Part shown: positions 1 through 8,539 of the stretch, in pieces
How the letters are laid out: each line of letters starts with the position of its first letter
Position numbering within the stretch: position 1 is the stretch's first letter
Assembly (NCBI GenBank): GCA_035601195.1
Contig: DATNOU010000095.1
Location: 3,002-67,001 of the forward strand
Length of the DNA stretch: 64,000 bases
Source of the DNA: Gaiellaceae bacterium
Lineage (GTDB): Bacteria > Actinomycetota > Thermoleophilia > Gaiellales > Gaiellaceae
Reading direction: 5' to 3'
Made by a program: the position numbers and the translations under genes
The notes under the pieces: generated by a model
Seen by the model: the letters and a program-made list of their open reading frames with translations, nothing else
The model's database searches: none
What the model was told of the DNA's origin: nothing

Positions 1-920
1 TCGACGGTGTTCGGCTCAAGCACGAGCTCTTCGCCTCTGTCGTCGAGCTCAATACCGGTGTGTGCAGCTCGGTCGAGGACGCGACGCGCGAGCTCGCGAC
101 GCTCCGCACCGTCGCGAGAGAGCTGGCGGCCGAGGCCGGACTGGTCCTCGCCGCTTGCGGGACGTGGCCGACTGCGCTCCCCGAGGAGCAGGCGATCACC
201 GAGGACGAGGGCTTCCGCCGCTTCGTCGAGTACGCCGGACCCTCGGCCCGGCGCCAATACTGCTCCGGGCTGCACATCCACGTCGGGGTGGCGAGCCCCG
301 ACGCCTGCATGGAGGCTCTCGAGGCGGTCGTTCCGTGGCTGCCGGTCGTGCTCGCCGTCTCGGCGAACTCGCCGTACGTCGCCGGACGGGAGACCGGGCT
401 CGCCTCCGCCCGCGCTGAGATCCTCTCCCTGCTGCCCCGCAGCGGGGCGCCGCCCGTCTTCGACTCCTACGCCGAGTGGGAGGCGTTTGCGGAGCGGCTC
501 CTCGCCCTCGGCCTCGCCGACGAATACACGCGCATCTGGTGGGACGTCCGTCCGCACCCGCGCTTCGGGACGCTGGAGGTGCGGATGCCGGATCAACCCA
601 CGCGCCTGGAGGACACAGCGGCGCTGGCTGGGCTCGTGCACGCGCTCGTCCGTTCGTCGGACGCCGGACCCACCGCTGATCGTGGCGCCTACGCCGAGAA
701 CCGCTGGGCTGCTTTCCGCTTCGGTCGCGAGGCGCGTCTGATCCACCCTAACGGGAGACGTCTCGCCGCAGTCCCCGAGCTGCTCGACGAGCTCGCCGGG
801 CGCGTCGGGGCCGCCGCTGTCGATCCCGTGCGGGAGCTCGACCAGGCGGCCGAGCAGCTGCGGCTTGGGCGAAACGAAGGCGTCGATGCGGTGTGCCGAC
901 GCTTGGTGGAGCTCACATAA
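1..920 (+). CDS. ybdK: Carboxylate-amine ligase, YbdK / glutamate-cysteine ligase family 2 (5' end outside window)
   Basis: The frame is open from the window edge (codons from nt 3) to TAA 918-920. Motifs SGLHIHVG, SANSPY and WWDVRPHPRFGTLEVRMPD are typical of GCS2/YbdK enzymes. Confidence 0.8.
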   Translation, partial: DGVRLKHELFASVVELNTGVCSSVEDATRELATLRTVARELAAEAGLVLAACGTWPTALPEEQAITEDEGFRRFVEYAGPSARRQYCSGLHIHVGVASPDACMEALEAVVPWLPVVLAVSANSPYVAGRETGLASARAEILSLLPRSGAPPVFDSYAEWEAFAERLLALGLADEYTRIWWDVRPHPRFGTLEVRMPDQPTRLEDTAALAGLVHALVRSSDAGPTADRGAYAENRWAAFRFGREARLIHPNGRRLAAVPELLDELAGRVGAAAVDPVRELDQAAEQLRLGRNEGVDAVCRRLVELT

Positions 921-929
921 AATCAAGGC

Positions 930-1142
930 ATGGCGGTTCGCTCGGAGACGATCCAGGTGAGCGGCGTGCGCTGCGAGCGTTGCGTCATGCGCCTCGGCGG
1001 CGCCCTGCAGAAGCTCGAGGGGATCGAGTCGGCGACCGCGAATCTCCTGGGAGAGGTGACGCTCGCGTGGGACGAGGAGCGTCTTCCGCGGGAGGAGATC
1101 GTCGCCGCGCTCGCGCGCGCGGGCTTCCAGACCGCTTCCTAG
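930..1142 (+). CDS. Heavy-metal-associated (HMA) domain protein, CopZ-like
   Basis: 70 aa. The N-terminal GVRCERC motif is the CxxC metal-binding motif, and the length fits a single HMA fold. AAGG lies upstream of the ATG. Confidence 0.7.
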   Translation: MAVRSETIQVSGVRCERCVMRLGGALQKLEGIESATANLLGEVTLAWDEERLPREEIVAALARAGFQTAS

Positions 1143-1200
1143 GGGGCAGACCGCTTCCCTGGCGGGAATGAACCGGGTGCCGGTGCCGTTGTGAGGTACG

Positions 1201-1800
1201 GTGCGGGCCGTGAGCGAAAGTAGCACGCCTGAGACCGACGCACGGCGCATCGCCGAAGAATCGCGCGATCGAGCTCGGTTCGAGGAGGAGGTTCTGGAAT
1301 TGGCGGATCAGGTCTACCGGGTGGCCCGGCGGCTTGTCTCGACACGCGAGGAAGCCGAGGACCTGGTTCAGGAGACCTACGCTCGGGCGTTCCGCAGCTG
1401 GCGCTCCTACACCCCGGGCACGAACTTGCGCGCGTGGATCTTTCGCATTCTCACGAACCTCAACATCGATCGTGGTAGACGCGAGCAACGGGCGCCGGCG
1501 ACGCAGCCGATCGAGGAAGGCGACTATTTCCTCTACAACCGGCTCGAGGCCGATTCCGGTGTAGAGGACGAGGAGCGGATCGTCGAGCGCCTTTCCCAGG
1601 ACGGGATCGTGGACGCGCTCTCCGCGGTGCCTCACGATTTCCGCGACGTGATCGTGCTCGTCGACATCGGCGACTTCACGTATCAGGACGCAGCCCAGAT
1701 CCTCGACATCCCGATCGGAACCGTGATGTCGCGACTACACCGTGGCAGGCGTATCCTCAAGCAGCAGCTGGCAGAAGCGGCCGTCGGGGAGGAGGCGTGA
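1201..1800 (+). CDS. ECF-type RNA polymerase sigma factor (SigR/SigH-like)
   Basis: 199 aa. Sigma-70 region 2 (DLVQETYARAFRSW, RAWIFRILTN) and the region 4 HTH (YQDAAQILDIPIGTVMSRLHRGR) are present. The stop overlaps the start of the next gene (ATGA at 1797-1800). Confidence 0.9.
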   Translation: MRAVSESSTPETDARRIAEESRDRARFEEEVLELADQVYRVARRLVSTREEAEDLVQETYARAFRSWRSYTPGTNLRAWIFRILTNLNIDRGRREQRAPATQPIEEGDYFLYNRLEADSGVEDEERIVERLSQDGIVDALSAVPHDFRDVIVLVDIGDFTYQDAAQILDIPIGTVMSRLHRGRRILKQQLAEAAVGEEA

Positions 1801-2030
1801 TGTTCGATCCCTGCGCGAAGTGCGAGGAGGTTCTCCAGCCCTTCCTCGACCGGGAGCTCTCGGACGCCGAGCATGCGCAGGCGGAGGCGCATCTCGACCA
1901 GTGCGCGTACTGCCGAAGGCGCTATCGGTTCGAGGAGAAGCTCCGCATGTACGTGCGGCAAGCGTGCGCCGAGCAGATGCCGCCCGATCTCAAGGCGAAG
2001 TTGGCGGCCCTCAGAACGCCCCTCTACTAG
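1797..2030 (+). CDS. Zinc-associated anti-sigma factor (ZAS, RsrA/RshA-like)
   Basis: 77 aa. HLDQCAYC matches the H-x3-C-x2-C ZAS motif, and there is an N-terminal CAKC. The gene is translationally coupled to the sigma factor gene. Confidence 0.8.
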   Translation: MMFDPCAKCEEVLQPFLDRELSDAEHAQAEAHLDQCAYCRRRYRFEEKLRMYVRQACAEQMPPDLKAKLAALRTPLY

Positions 2031-2039
2031 CTCTTCCTA

Positions 2040-2702
2040 CTAGCTCCTCTGCCCGACGATCACCATGAGGCGGAGCGGGTTGTCTCCGCCGGGAAGAGCC
2101 CGTGTGCCGACGCCGAGCTCGCCGGCCAGGCGCTTGGCGATCCCCTCGCCGCCCGGCGGGTAGTAGACGAGCGTGCGCTGGTAGTTCCTCTGCTTGGCGT
2201 TGGCGACGGTGCCCATCTTGTAGGCGAGGCCGGCAACCTGATTGGCAAGGCCCGCTGCGGCGTTCCCTCTGGTCGTCCCGTTGAAGACGTCTACCTGGAT
2301 CTGCCACCGGGCGGGTAGCAGGACAGCTGCGGGTCGTAAGGGGGCGGAGGCAGCCGCGGCCGATGGCGTCTCGGGGAAGAACTGCGGCCAGGCGACGAAC
2401 CACGCCATCGCCGTGCAGGTAAGCAGGAAAGCGAGCGCGGCGAGCGTGCGGCGCGGCGACCAGGGATCGAGTCGGGACGGCACGGGCAGGCCGGCGAGCC
2501 GACGCGCCTCCCGCTCGTTGATGCCGAGCGAGGCCGCGTAGACGAGCGCCGCAGCCAGCGCGTCGGCGTTCGAGCCGAAGCGGTAGATGCAGTTGTCTTC
2601 GAGGGACTTGATCGCGTCCACGTCCATGTTCGCGCGCGCGGCAGCCTGCTCCAGCGTCAAGCGTCGGCTAAGGCGTGCGGCTCCGAAGGGAGAAGTCCCC
2701 AC
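2040..2702 (-). CDS. HTH domain / LytR_C domain membrane protein
   Basis: 220 aa. There is an N-terminal XRE-like HTH (LTLEQAAARANMDVDAIKSLE), one TM segment, and a C-terminal LytR_C-like segment (VDVFNGTTRGNAAAGLANQVAGLAYKMGTVANA). Confidence 0.65.
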   Translation of the reverse strand: MGTSPFGAARLSRRLTLEQAAARANMDVDAIKSLEDNCIYRFGSNADALAAALVYAASLGINEREARRLAGLPVPSRLDPWSPRRTLAALAFLLTCTAMAWFVAWPQFFPETPSAAAASAPLRPAAVLLPARWQIQVDVFNGTTRGNAAAGLANQVAGLAYKMGTVANAKQRNYQRTLVYYPPGGEGIAKRLAGELGVGTRALPGGDNPLRLMVIVGQRS

Positions 2703-2708
2703 CGGCTG

Positions 2709-3236
2709 TCAGTGTTCGTCGAGCGGCTGTCCCAACCTGCCTATGTCATCGGCAGAGTCGACGTCTCCTGGAGTCCCAAGGTCATCGCAGGGGATGAGCG
2801 TGGCCGGAAGCCCTTTCATCCCCTCGTCCGGAATGCCTTCCCAGACGGCTCGGGCGATCAAGACCGGGTGCCCGCGGTCGCCCGCGTAGCTGGCGGCGAC
2901 GACGCTTCCGGCGCCCGCGCGCCAGGCCGTGAGCACCCGCCGTACGGCGTGGGGAGAGAGGTTAGGGCCGTCTGCGAGGCAGACGACGGCCGCTTCCACA
3001 CCAGGCCCGAGCACGGCGAGGCCGCAGCGAAGCGATGCGCCCGGGCCGCGCTCCCAGTCGAGGCACTCGACGACCTGCACCGAACCGGTGTCCAGGGGAT
3101 AGGCGCCGGCGACGACCACGATGTCGTCGACGGGGCTCTCCGAAAGCCGCCCGAGCACGTGCGGCAGGAGGAGCTCCTGCTTGGGAGCACCGAAGCGGGT
3201 GGCCGCGCCAGCAGCGAGCACGACGGCCGCGATCAC
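2709..3236 (-). CDS. NTP_transf_3 nucleotidyltransferase, MocA-like (molybdenum cofactor cytidylyltransferase family)
   Basis: 175 aa. The N-terminal AAVVLAAGAATRFGAPKQ motif is the nucleotide-binding loop of the MobA/MocA family. There is a 4-nt overlap with the upstream gene. Confidence 0.7.
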   Translation of the reverse strand: MIAAVVLAAGAATRFGAPKQELLLPHVLGRLSESPVDDIVVVAGAYPLDTGSVQVVECLDWERGPGASLRCGLAVLGPGVEAAVVCLADGPNLSPHAVRRVLTAWRAGAGSVVAASYAGDRGHPVLIARAVWEGIPDEGMKGLPATLIPCDDLGTPGDVDSADDIGRLGQPLDEH

Positions 3237-4384
3237 TCGGAGACGGTGACGGCCAGGATGTCGGCCAGGTGGATGAGGCGGAAGGTCAGGCGGCCGAGCC
3301 CCATGCGGTCCGACTCGGACTCCGTCTCGGGGAGCGTCCGCCAGAGATCTCGTGCGCAGGCAAGCAGGTCAGCAATGCGCTCGCGCTCGTCCTCGAAGCC
3401 GTCGCGCTCGCGGCAGGCGTTCAGGGCAAGGCCGAGAACGCCGATCGTGTCCGTCTGCCTCGTCCAGAGGAGTGGGGTGGCCATCGCCAGGTACTGGTGG
3501 ATGCGGGCGAAGGTGATGGGCTGCTCGAGCGTACGGCGTCGGTTCGGTGGCGTCGGCTCGAGCGGCGGCTCGCCGTTCGCTATTCGGGCCGCCGAGCGGC
3601 CGAGCATGTCTCTCACTTGCTCGTCCGAGAGCCCGGAGAGCCTCGCGGTCCGGAGCGTGATCAAGAAGGAACCAGGCTGCTGCCCGTAGGGGTAGTCGGA
3701 GGCATAGAGGACCTGCTCGGGGGAGACCCTCTGGAACATGTCCAGGAGGTCGATCGGGCTCCACACCGAGGTGTCAAAAAAAACGCCCGCGCGACCGCCG
3801 AAGGCCTCCGAGAGGTCGGCGAGGTCGGCGATCCCGCCGTGCGCGATGATCAGCTGCGCCTGCGGGTAGGTGTCCACCAGGCGTTCAAGGTGGTCCGAGA
3901 TGGGAGGCAGGCCGCGACCGCCGTGGATGAGGATCGGGACGCGGCGCTCCGCGGCGAGCGCGAAGACCGGCGCCAGCCGCTCGTCGTTCAAGAGAAAGCC
4001 CTGAGACCTGGGGTGCAGCTTGATCCCGCGGGCACCGAGGTCGAGGCAGCGAATTGCTTCTTCGATCGGCTCCTCCGCGAGATCGAGCCGGACGAAGGGG
4101 ATCAATGCTCCGCCGGACCGCTCGGCGGCCGCAAGCGTGCGGTCGTTGGCTGCGCGGAAGGCGGGCTCGCGGTCGGGCTCGTCCATGCAGAAGGCGAACG
4201 CCCGCCCGACGCCGTAACGCGCGAGGAAGGACATGAGCTCGTCGTACGGCGCGACGAAACCGTCGATGTCGCGGCCCACGTGCACGTGGGCGTCGAAGAG
4301 CTCGGCGCCCTCCGGAATCACCCGCTGGAGCTCCTCGTCGTATCCAGAGAGAAGTTTCCGCGCGCGTTCGACGGCCTCTTCCAC
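3233..4384 (-). CDS. Metal-dependent amidohydrolase family protein
   Basis: 383 aa. The DAHVHVG metal-binding motif near the N-terminus and later HGG/IAH motifs are consistent with the Amidohydro_2 fold. Confidence 0.6.
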   Translation of the reverse strand: MEEAVERARKLLSGYDEELQRVIPEGAELFDAHVHVGRDIDGFVAPYDELMSFLARYGVGRAFAFCMDEPDREPAFRAANDRTLAAAERSGGALIPFVRLDLAEEPIEEAIRCLDLGARGIKLHPRSQGFLLNDERLAPVFALAAERRVPILIHGGRGLPPISDHLERLVDTYPQAQLIIAHGGIADLADLSEAFGGRAGVFFDTSVWSPIDLLDMFQRVSPEQVLYASDYPYGQQPGSFLITLRTARLSGLSDEQVRDMLGRSAARIANGEPPLEPTPPNRRRTLEQPITFARIHQYLAMATPLLWTRQTDTIGVLGLALNACRERDGFEDERERIADLLACARDLWRTLPETESESDRMGLGRLTFRLIHLADILAVTVSE

Positions 4385-4419
4385 GTCTCCCGGAATCTAC
4401 AGCGCTAGGATGCGAAGCC

Positions 4420-5523
4420 GTGGGGGACCTCTTGATTTACGGGGACACCATCCGCTCGCCCGAGCTTCGCCACGAGGTGCCTGTTCCGGTGCCGGACCCC
4501 TTCCTCTATGTCGAGCGGAACGGCTCGCGCTACGCCTTCGTGGGCTCGCTCGAGATCCCGCGGATGCGGGAGCTGGACGGGCTTCAGGCGGTGCCGCTCG
4601 ATGACCTCGGGATGGACGAGCTCATCGCACAGGGACTTGCTTCCGATGAGCTCGACCGCGAGCTCGTCCTGCGGGCGTGCCGGCGCGTTGGAATCGACGA
4701 GGCCGTCGCTCCGCGCACCTTCCCGCTGGACGTCGCCGACCATCTGCGGGCGAACGGCGTCCAGGTGCGGGCGCAGGGCACAGTCTTCGACTCGCGCCGG
4801 CGGGTGAAGACGGAGGCGGAGCGCGAGGGCATCCGCAGGGCCCAGCAGGCCACCGAAGGGGCTATGGACGCGATCCGAGCGCGCCTGCGCGCAGGTGGCA
4901 AGGTCACCTGCGAGGACCTGCGCAGCGAGGCCATGCTCGTGTTCACCGAGGTGGGCATGATCCTGCCCGACATCGTGATCGTCTCGCACGGCGCTCAGAC
5001 CGCCGTCGGTCACGAGCCGGGGTACGGGGAGATCCAGCCTGGCGAGCCGATCGTCGTCGACCTCTATCCGCAGGATCCCGAATCCGGCTGCTACACGGAC
5101 ATGACCCGGACCTTCTGCCTGGGCGAGCCGGACGACGAGCTTGTCCGCTACCACGCTCTCGTCCGGGAGGCGCTCGAGCTCGCGTACGAGGTCATCAAGC
5201 CAGGGGTCAAAGGTGCGGAGGCGCATCGTGCCGTCTGCGAGTTCTTCCAGGAGCACGGTTTCCCGACCCAACTGACGAAGACGCCGGGGCAGGTCCTCGA
5301 CGAGGGCTTCTTCCACTCCCTCGGGCACGGCGTGGGCCTCGAAGTGCACGAGCAGCCGGGTCTCGGCCGCACCGGAGTCGAGATCGTCGCCGGCGACGTT
5401 CTCGCCGTCGAGCCGGGTCTCTACCGCAAGGGCTTCGGCGGCTGCCGCCTCGAAGACACCGTCCTCGTCACTGAGTCCGGCACCGAGCGCTTCGGCGACT
5501 ACCCGTACGACCTGTCCCCTTAA
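4420..5523 (+). CDS. M24 family Xaa-Pro aminopeptidase/dipeptidase
   Basis: 367 aa. The pita-bread motifs DLYPQD...GCYTDMTRTF, HSLGHGVGLEVHEQP and VEPGLY are present. Confidence 0.85.
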   Translation: MGDLLIYGDTIRSPELRHEVPVPVPDPFLYVERNGSRYAFVGSLEIPRMRELDGLQAVPLDDLGMDELIAQGLASDELDRELVLRACRRVGIDEAVAPRTFPLDVADHLRANGVQVRAQGTVFDSRRRVKTEAEREGIRRAQQATEGAMDAIRARLRAGGKVTCEDLRSEAMLVFTEVGMILPDIVIVSHGAQTAVGHEPGYGEIQPGEPIVVDLYPQDPESGCYTDMTRTFCLGEPDDELVRYHALVREALELAYEVIKPGVKGAEAHRAVCEFFQEHGFPTQLTKTPGQVLDEGFFHSLGHGVGLEVHEQPGLGRTGVEIVAGDVLAVEPGLYRKGFGGCRLEDTVLVTESGTERFGDYPYDLSP

Positions 5524-5525
5524 AA

Positions 5526-5546
5526 GCGGGGTCAGACCCCGGTGTC
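5526..5546. repeat. REP-like hairpin repeat copy (core GGGGTCAGACCCC)
   Basis: gcGGGGTCAGACCCCggtgtc lies 3 nt after the pepP-like stop. The same core and GGTGTC arm occur at 24077, 24747, 38764/38800 and 41150/41186. Confidence 0.7.
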
Positions 5547-5638
5547 GGAGCGGGCCTAGTCCAAAATGGCTGGCCAACAAGCGTTCATGCGGTGTGACGA
5601 ACGCCAGCCCATAGACGGGGCGTGACCTAAATGACCAT

Positions 5639-5663
5639 GCCCCGGGATCAGACCCCGATGTCC
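5639..5663. repeat. Degenerate REP-like copy (GGGATCAGACCCC)
   Basis: gccccGGGATCAGACCCCgatgtcc. Its flank (gtccgagcccgcctag) parallels the flank of the 5526 copy (gtcggagcgggcctag). Confidence 0.5.
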
Positions 5664-5671
5664 GAGCCCGC

Positions 5672-6949
5672 CTAGGCCGAAAAGGCCAGGAGCTTCTGGA
5701 AGCGCTCCGCGTCGTCGAACGGCCCGATGAGCGCGAAGTTCAGGCGATCCTCGCGGATGATGTCCTGGGCGACCCGCTGGATGTCCTCGATCGTGACGGC
5801 GTCGAGGCCGGCGAGCACCTCGTCCGGCTCACGGAGGGTCTCTTCGAGCACCTCGTTGCGGAGGCCGAAGAGGATCATCCCCTTCGGGTCCTCGAGGGAG
5901 AGCACGAGCCGTCCCTTGGCGAAGTTGCGTGCTTTTTCCAGCTCGTCCGCCTCGATCGGCTCGGCGGCCATGCGGCCGAACTCCCCGACGACGGTTGAGA
6001 CGGCGTCGTCGATCCGCTGGATGTCCACGCCTCCCTGGGCGAAAAGCGTTCCGGTGTCCGTGTAGCCCTGCTGGTGCCCGTAGATGTAGTAGGCGAGGCC
6101 GCGGCGCTCGCGCACCTCCGTGAACAAGCGCGACGACATTCCGCCTCCGAGCACCGTTGCGAGCAGGCTGAGGGCGTAGCGGTCGGGATGGACGATTGGA
6201 TAGCTGTGGACGCCCACTCTGATGTGCGCCTGATCCGACTGCTTCGTGTGGAGCTTCACCTGCGGCGACTCCTGATGCCACTCGGCCGGAGGCGGATCGC
6301 CGGTCGCGCCGTTCTGCACGTCGCCGAGCAGCTCCTCGAGCCGGGGGATGAGGCCCTCGCCGAGATTTCCCGCCACCCCCGCCACGATGCGTGGCGCCCG
6401 GTACCACTGCCCCAGGTAGTCGATGAAGGTCTCGCGCTTGGCGGCGCGCACGGTCTCCTTGCGGCCGATGATGTCCCAGCCGAGCGGTGTGTCGTCGTAG
6501 AGCAGCTCGTCATAGACGCCGTCCACGTAGTCGCGCGGAGTGTCGTAGTACATGTTCATCTCCTCGACGATGACGCCCTTCTCCCGCTCGATCTCCTCTG
6601 GATCGAACTTGGAGTGGCGGAGCATGTCGATGAGGACGTCGAGGGCGATGTTGCGATGCTCGGCCGCGCACTTGACGTAGTAGCCGGTGTACTCCTTGCC
6701 GGTGAAGGCGTTGAACTCGCCGCCGATCGAGTCGATCTCGCCGGCGATCTCGCGCGCGGTCGGCCGCTTCTCCGTGCCCTTGAAGAACATGTGCTCGGCG
6801 AAGTGGGCGATTCCGTTCGTGTCCTTGGTCTCGTAGCGGGAGCCCGCGGCGAGCATCACGAAGCACGCCACCGACTTGGCCTGCGGCATCGGGGCCGTCA
6901 CGACGCGGAGGCCGTTCGCCAGCTTGGTCTTCTCGAACGCGTTCGGCAT
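5672..6949 (-). CDS. M16 family zinc peptidase (pitrilysin/insulinase-like)
   Basis: The internal Met (MPNAFEKTKLANGLRVV...) at 6949 gives a 425 aa protein with the inverted zinc motif HFAEHMFFKGT. The longer 616-aa ORF prefix is Arg/Pro-rich and overlaps the thioesterase gene. The start overlaps the upstream stop (ATGA). Confidence 0.85.
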   Translation of the reverse strand: MPNAFEKTKLANGLRVVTAPMPQAKSVACFVMLAAGSRYETKDTNGIAHFAEHMFFKGTEKRPTAREIAGEIDSIGGEFNAFTGKEYTGYYVKCAAEHRNIALDVLIDMLRHSKFDPEEIEREKGVIVEEMNMYYDTPRDYVDGVYDELLYDDTPLGWDIIGRKETVRAAKRETFIDYLGQWYRAPRIVAGVAGNLGEGLIPRLEELLGDVQNGATGDPPPAEWHQESPQVKLHTKQSDQAHIRVGVHSYPIVHPDRYALSLLATVLGGGMSSRLFTEVRERRGLAYYIYGHQQGYTDTGTLFAQGGVDIQRIDDAVSTVVGEFGRMAAEPIEADELEKARNFAKGRLVLSLEDPKGMILFGLRNEVLEETLREPDEVLAGLDAVTIEDIQRVAQDIIREDRLNFALIGPFDDAERFQKLLAFSA

Positions 6950-7371
6950 CAGGCTGCCGCGAAGTCCTTCGCTTCGAAGCTCTCGATCCGCTCGCGCCAG
7001 AGATCCGGAACGGGCATGGTCGTGTCGCCGCGGTAGTCGAAGGTCACGAGCGTCGTGGAGGCTACCGCGACCAGCCGCCCGTCGGGGCCGCGGACCTCGT
7101 GGTCGAGGTCGAAGCTCTTCGTTCCGATGCGGGAGACCCCGGCGCCGATCTCGAGCACCTCGCCCAGCGAAGCTCGGCTGCGAAATTCGATTTTCACCTT
7201 GGCCAGGATCACGAGCAGGTCTTCGAGCGACTCGACACCCAGGACCTCGCGCATGTACCCGATCCGCGCGTTCTCGATGTAGGTGAGGTAGACCGCATTG
7301 TTGACGTGGCCGAAGACGTCCAGGTCGCGGAACGTGACCTCCTGGGCGTGCATGAAGCGGAACCCCTCCAT
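6949..7371 (-). CDS. Acyl-CoA thioesterase, 4HBT/YbgC-like hotdog fold
   Basis: 140 aa. The N-terminal RDLDVFGHVNNAVYLTY motif is typical of 4HBT thioesterases. Confidence 0.8.
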   Translation of the reverse strand: MEGFRFMHAQEVTFRDLDVFGHVNNAVYLTYIENARIGYMREVLGVESLEDLLVILAKVKIEFRSRASLGEVLEIGAGVSRIGTKSFDLDHEVRGPDGRLVAVASTTLVTFDYRGDTTMPVPDLWRERIESFEAKDFAAA

Positions 7372-7379
7372 CCGGCCGG

Positions 7380-8267
7380 ATGTTACCTTCGCTCTCCCAG
7401 GTGCCCGGAGAACTGACCATCAAGGCGATCCAGGCGCAGCCGGAATGGCTGCGCGGCGTTCCAGAGCGCGTCGGGGACCGGCGCTTACCGGACGGACGCG
7501 TCGTCTTCACGGGCTGTGGCACCTCGTTTCACGCTGCGCAGACAGGCGGCGAAGCGCTCCAAGCGCTCGAGGCCGTGCTGCGTCCCCCCGAGGCGGACCT
7601 CCTCGTCTGTGTCAGCCACGAGGGTGAGACCCCCCTGACGCTCGAGGCCGCCCAGGCGTTTGGCGGGCCGGTTTGGCTCGTCACCGGCAAACCCGGCGGC
7701 CCCATCGCAGACGTCTCCGAGGAGGTGATCGTGGTCACGCCTGAGGTGGAGGAGAGCTATTGCCATACGGGTTCCTACACCTGTGCCGTCGCGGCGCTCG
7801 ACGCCCTCCACGGCGCGGACGTCCGCTGGCTGCGGCTCGCAGTCGAGCACGCGCTCGCTGATCCGTTCGAAGGAGGCGACTGGGAGCGCGTCGCGGTAGT
7901 CGGCGCGGCTCGCGACTGGCCGACGGCGCAGGAGGCCGTTCTGAAGCTCCGCGAAGGGGCTCACATCCCGGCCGAGGCCCACCAGACCGAGCAGATCCTC
8001 CACGGCCACCTGGCGGCGATCGACGAGCGCGTCCGCGTCTTCGTCCTCGAGGGGGAGGGGCGAGCGGCTGAGCGGGCCGCAGACGTCGTGCGTGCGCTGG
8101 GTGAGATCGGCGCCGACACCACCCTCGTGCCGACGGCTCATCCGGTGGTGGACATCGTCCGCTTCCAGCTCCTGACCGTCGACCTCGCGGAGCGGCGAGG
8201 CGTGAACCCCGACAAGATCCGCCGGGACGACCCGCGCTGGGACGCGGCCCGCCGGTCGTACGGCTAG
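7380..8267 (+). CDS. SIS (sugar isomerase) domain protein
   Basis: 295 aa. VVFTGCGTSFHAA and VCVSHEGETP match the SIS phosphosugar-binding motifs. Confidence 0.6.
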   Translation: MLPSLSQVPGELTIKAIQAQPEWLRGVPERVGDRRLPDGRVVFTGCGTSFHAAQTGGEALQALEAVLRPPEADLLVCVSHEGETPLTLEAAQAFGGPVWLVTGKPGGPIADVSEEVIVVTPEVEESYCHTGSYTCAVAALDALHGADVRWLRLAVEHALADPFEGGDWERVAVVGAARDWPTAQEAVLKLREGAHIPAEAHQTEQILHGHLAAIDERVRVFVLEGEGRAAERAADVVRALGEIGADTTLVPTAHPVVDIVRFQLLTVDLAERRGVNPDKIRRDDPRWDAARRSYG

Positions 8268-8539
8268 CGAACCAGCAGGCCGCCGTTGATCGATGCGCCG
8301 CGCAGGAACGCGAGCCAGTCGTCCCAGAGTTTCCGGTCGGCGAGCGCGATCGGATCCTCCGCTGCGGCCTCGAGGGCGGCGTCGACCTCTGTCGCGGTGA
8401 CATGGACGCCCGGCTCGAGGCGGGGAAGCATCACGCCCTGGAGCACCATTTCCTGCCGAAGCAGCTCGACGTCGGCGGGGTCGAGGAAGACATGGCCGGT
8501 CATGCCGTCGTTCCGCGCCCAGTAGAGGCGGATGCTCAC
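8264..8539 (-). CDS. Hypothetical protein
   Basis: 91 aa. The GTG start overlaps the upstream stop (GTGA). GC3-rich codon usage and its position as the last gene of a coupled minus-strand operon support it. No motif was recognised. Confidence 0.5.
   Translation of the reverse strand: MSIRLYWARNDGMTGHVFLDPADVELLRQEMVLQGVMLPRLEPGVHVTATEVDAALEAAAEDPIALADRKLWDDWLAFLRGASINGGLLVR

Noticed and set aside
6950-7522. N-terminal 191-codon extension of the M16 peptidase ORF (5672..7522)
   Set aside because: The extension is Arg/Pro-rich and overlaps the well-supported thioesterase gene. The internal Met at 6949 gives a standard M16 N-terminus and an ATGA coupling with the thioesterase stop.
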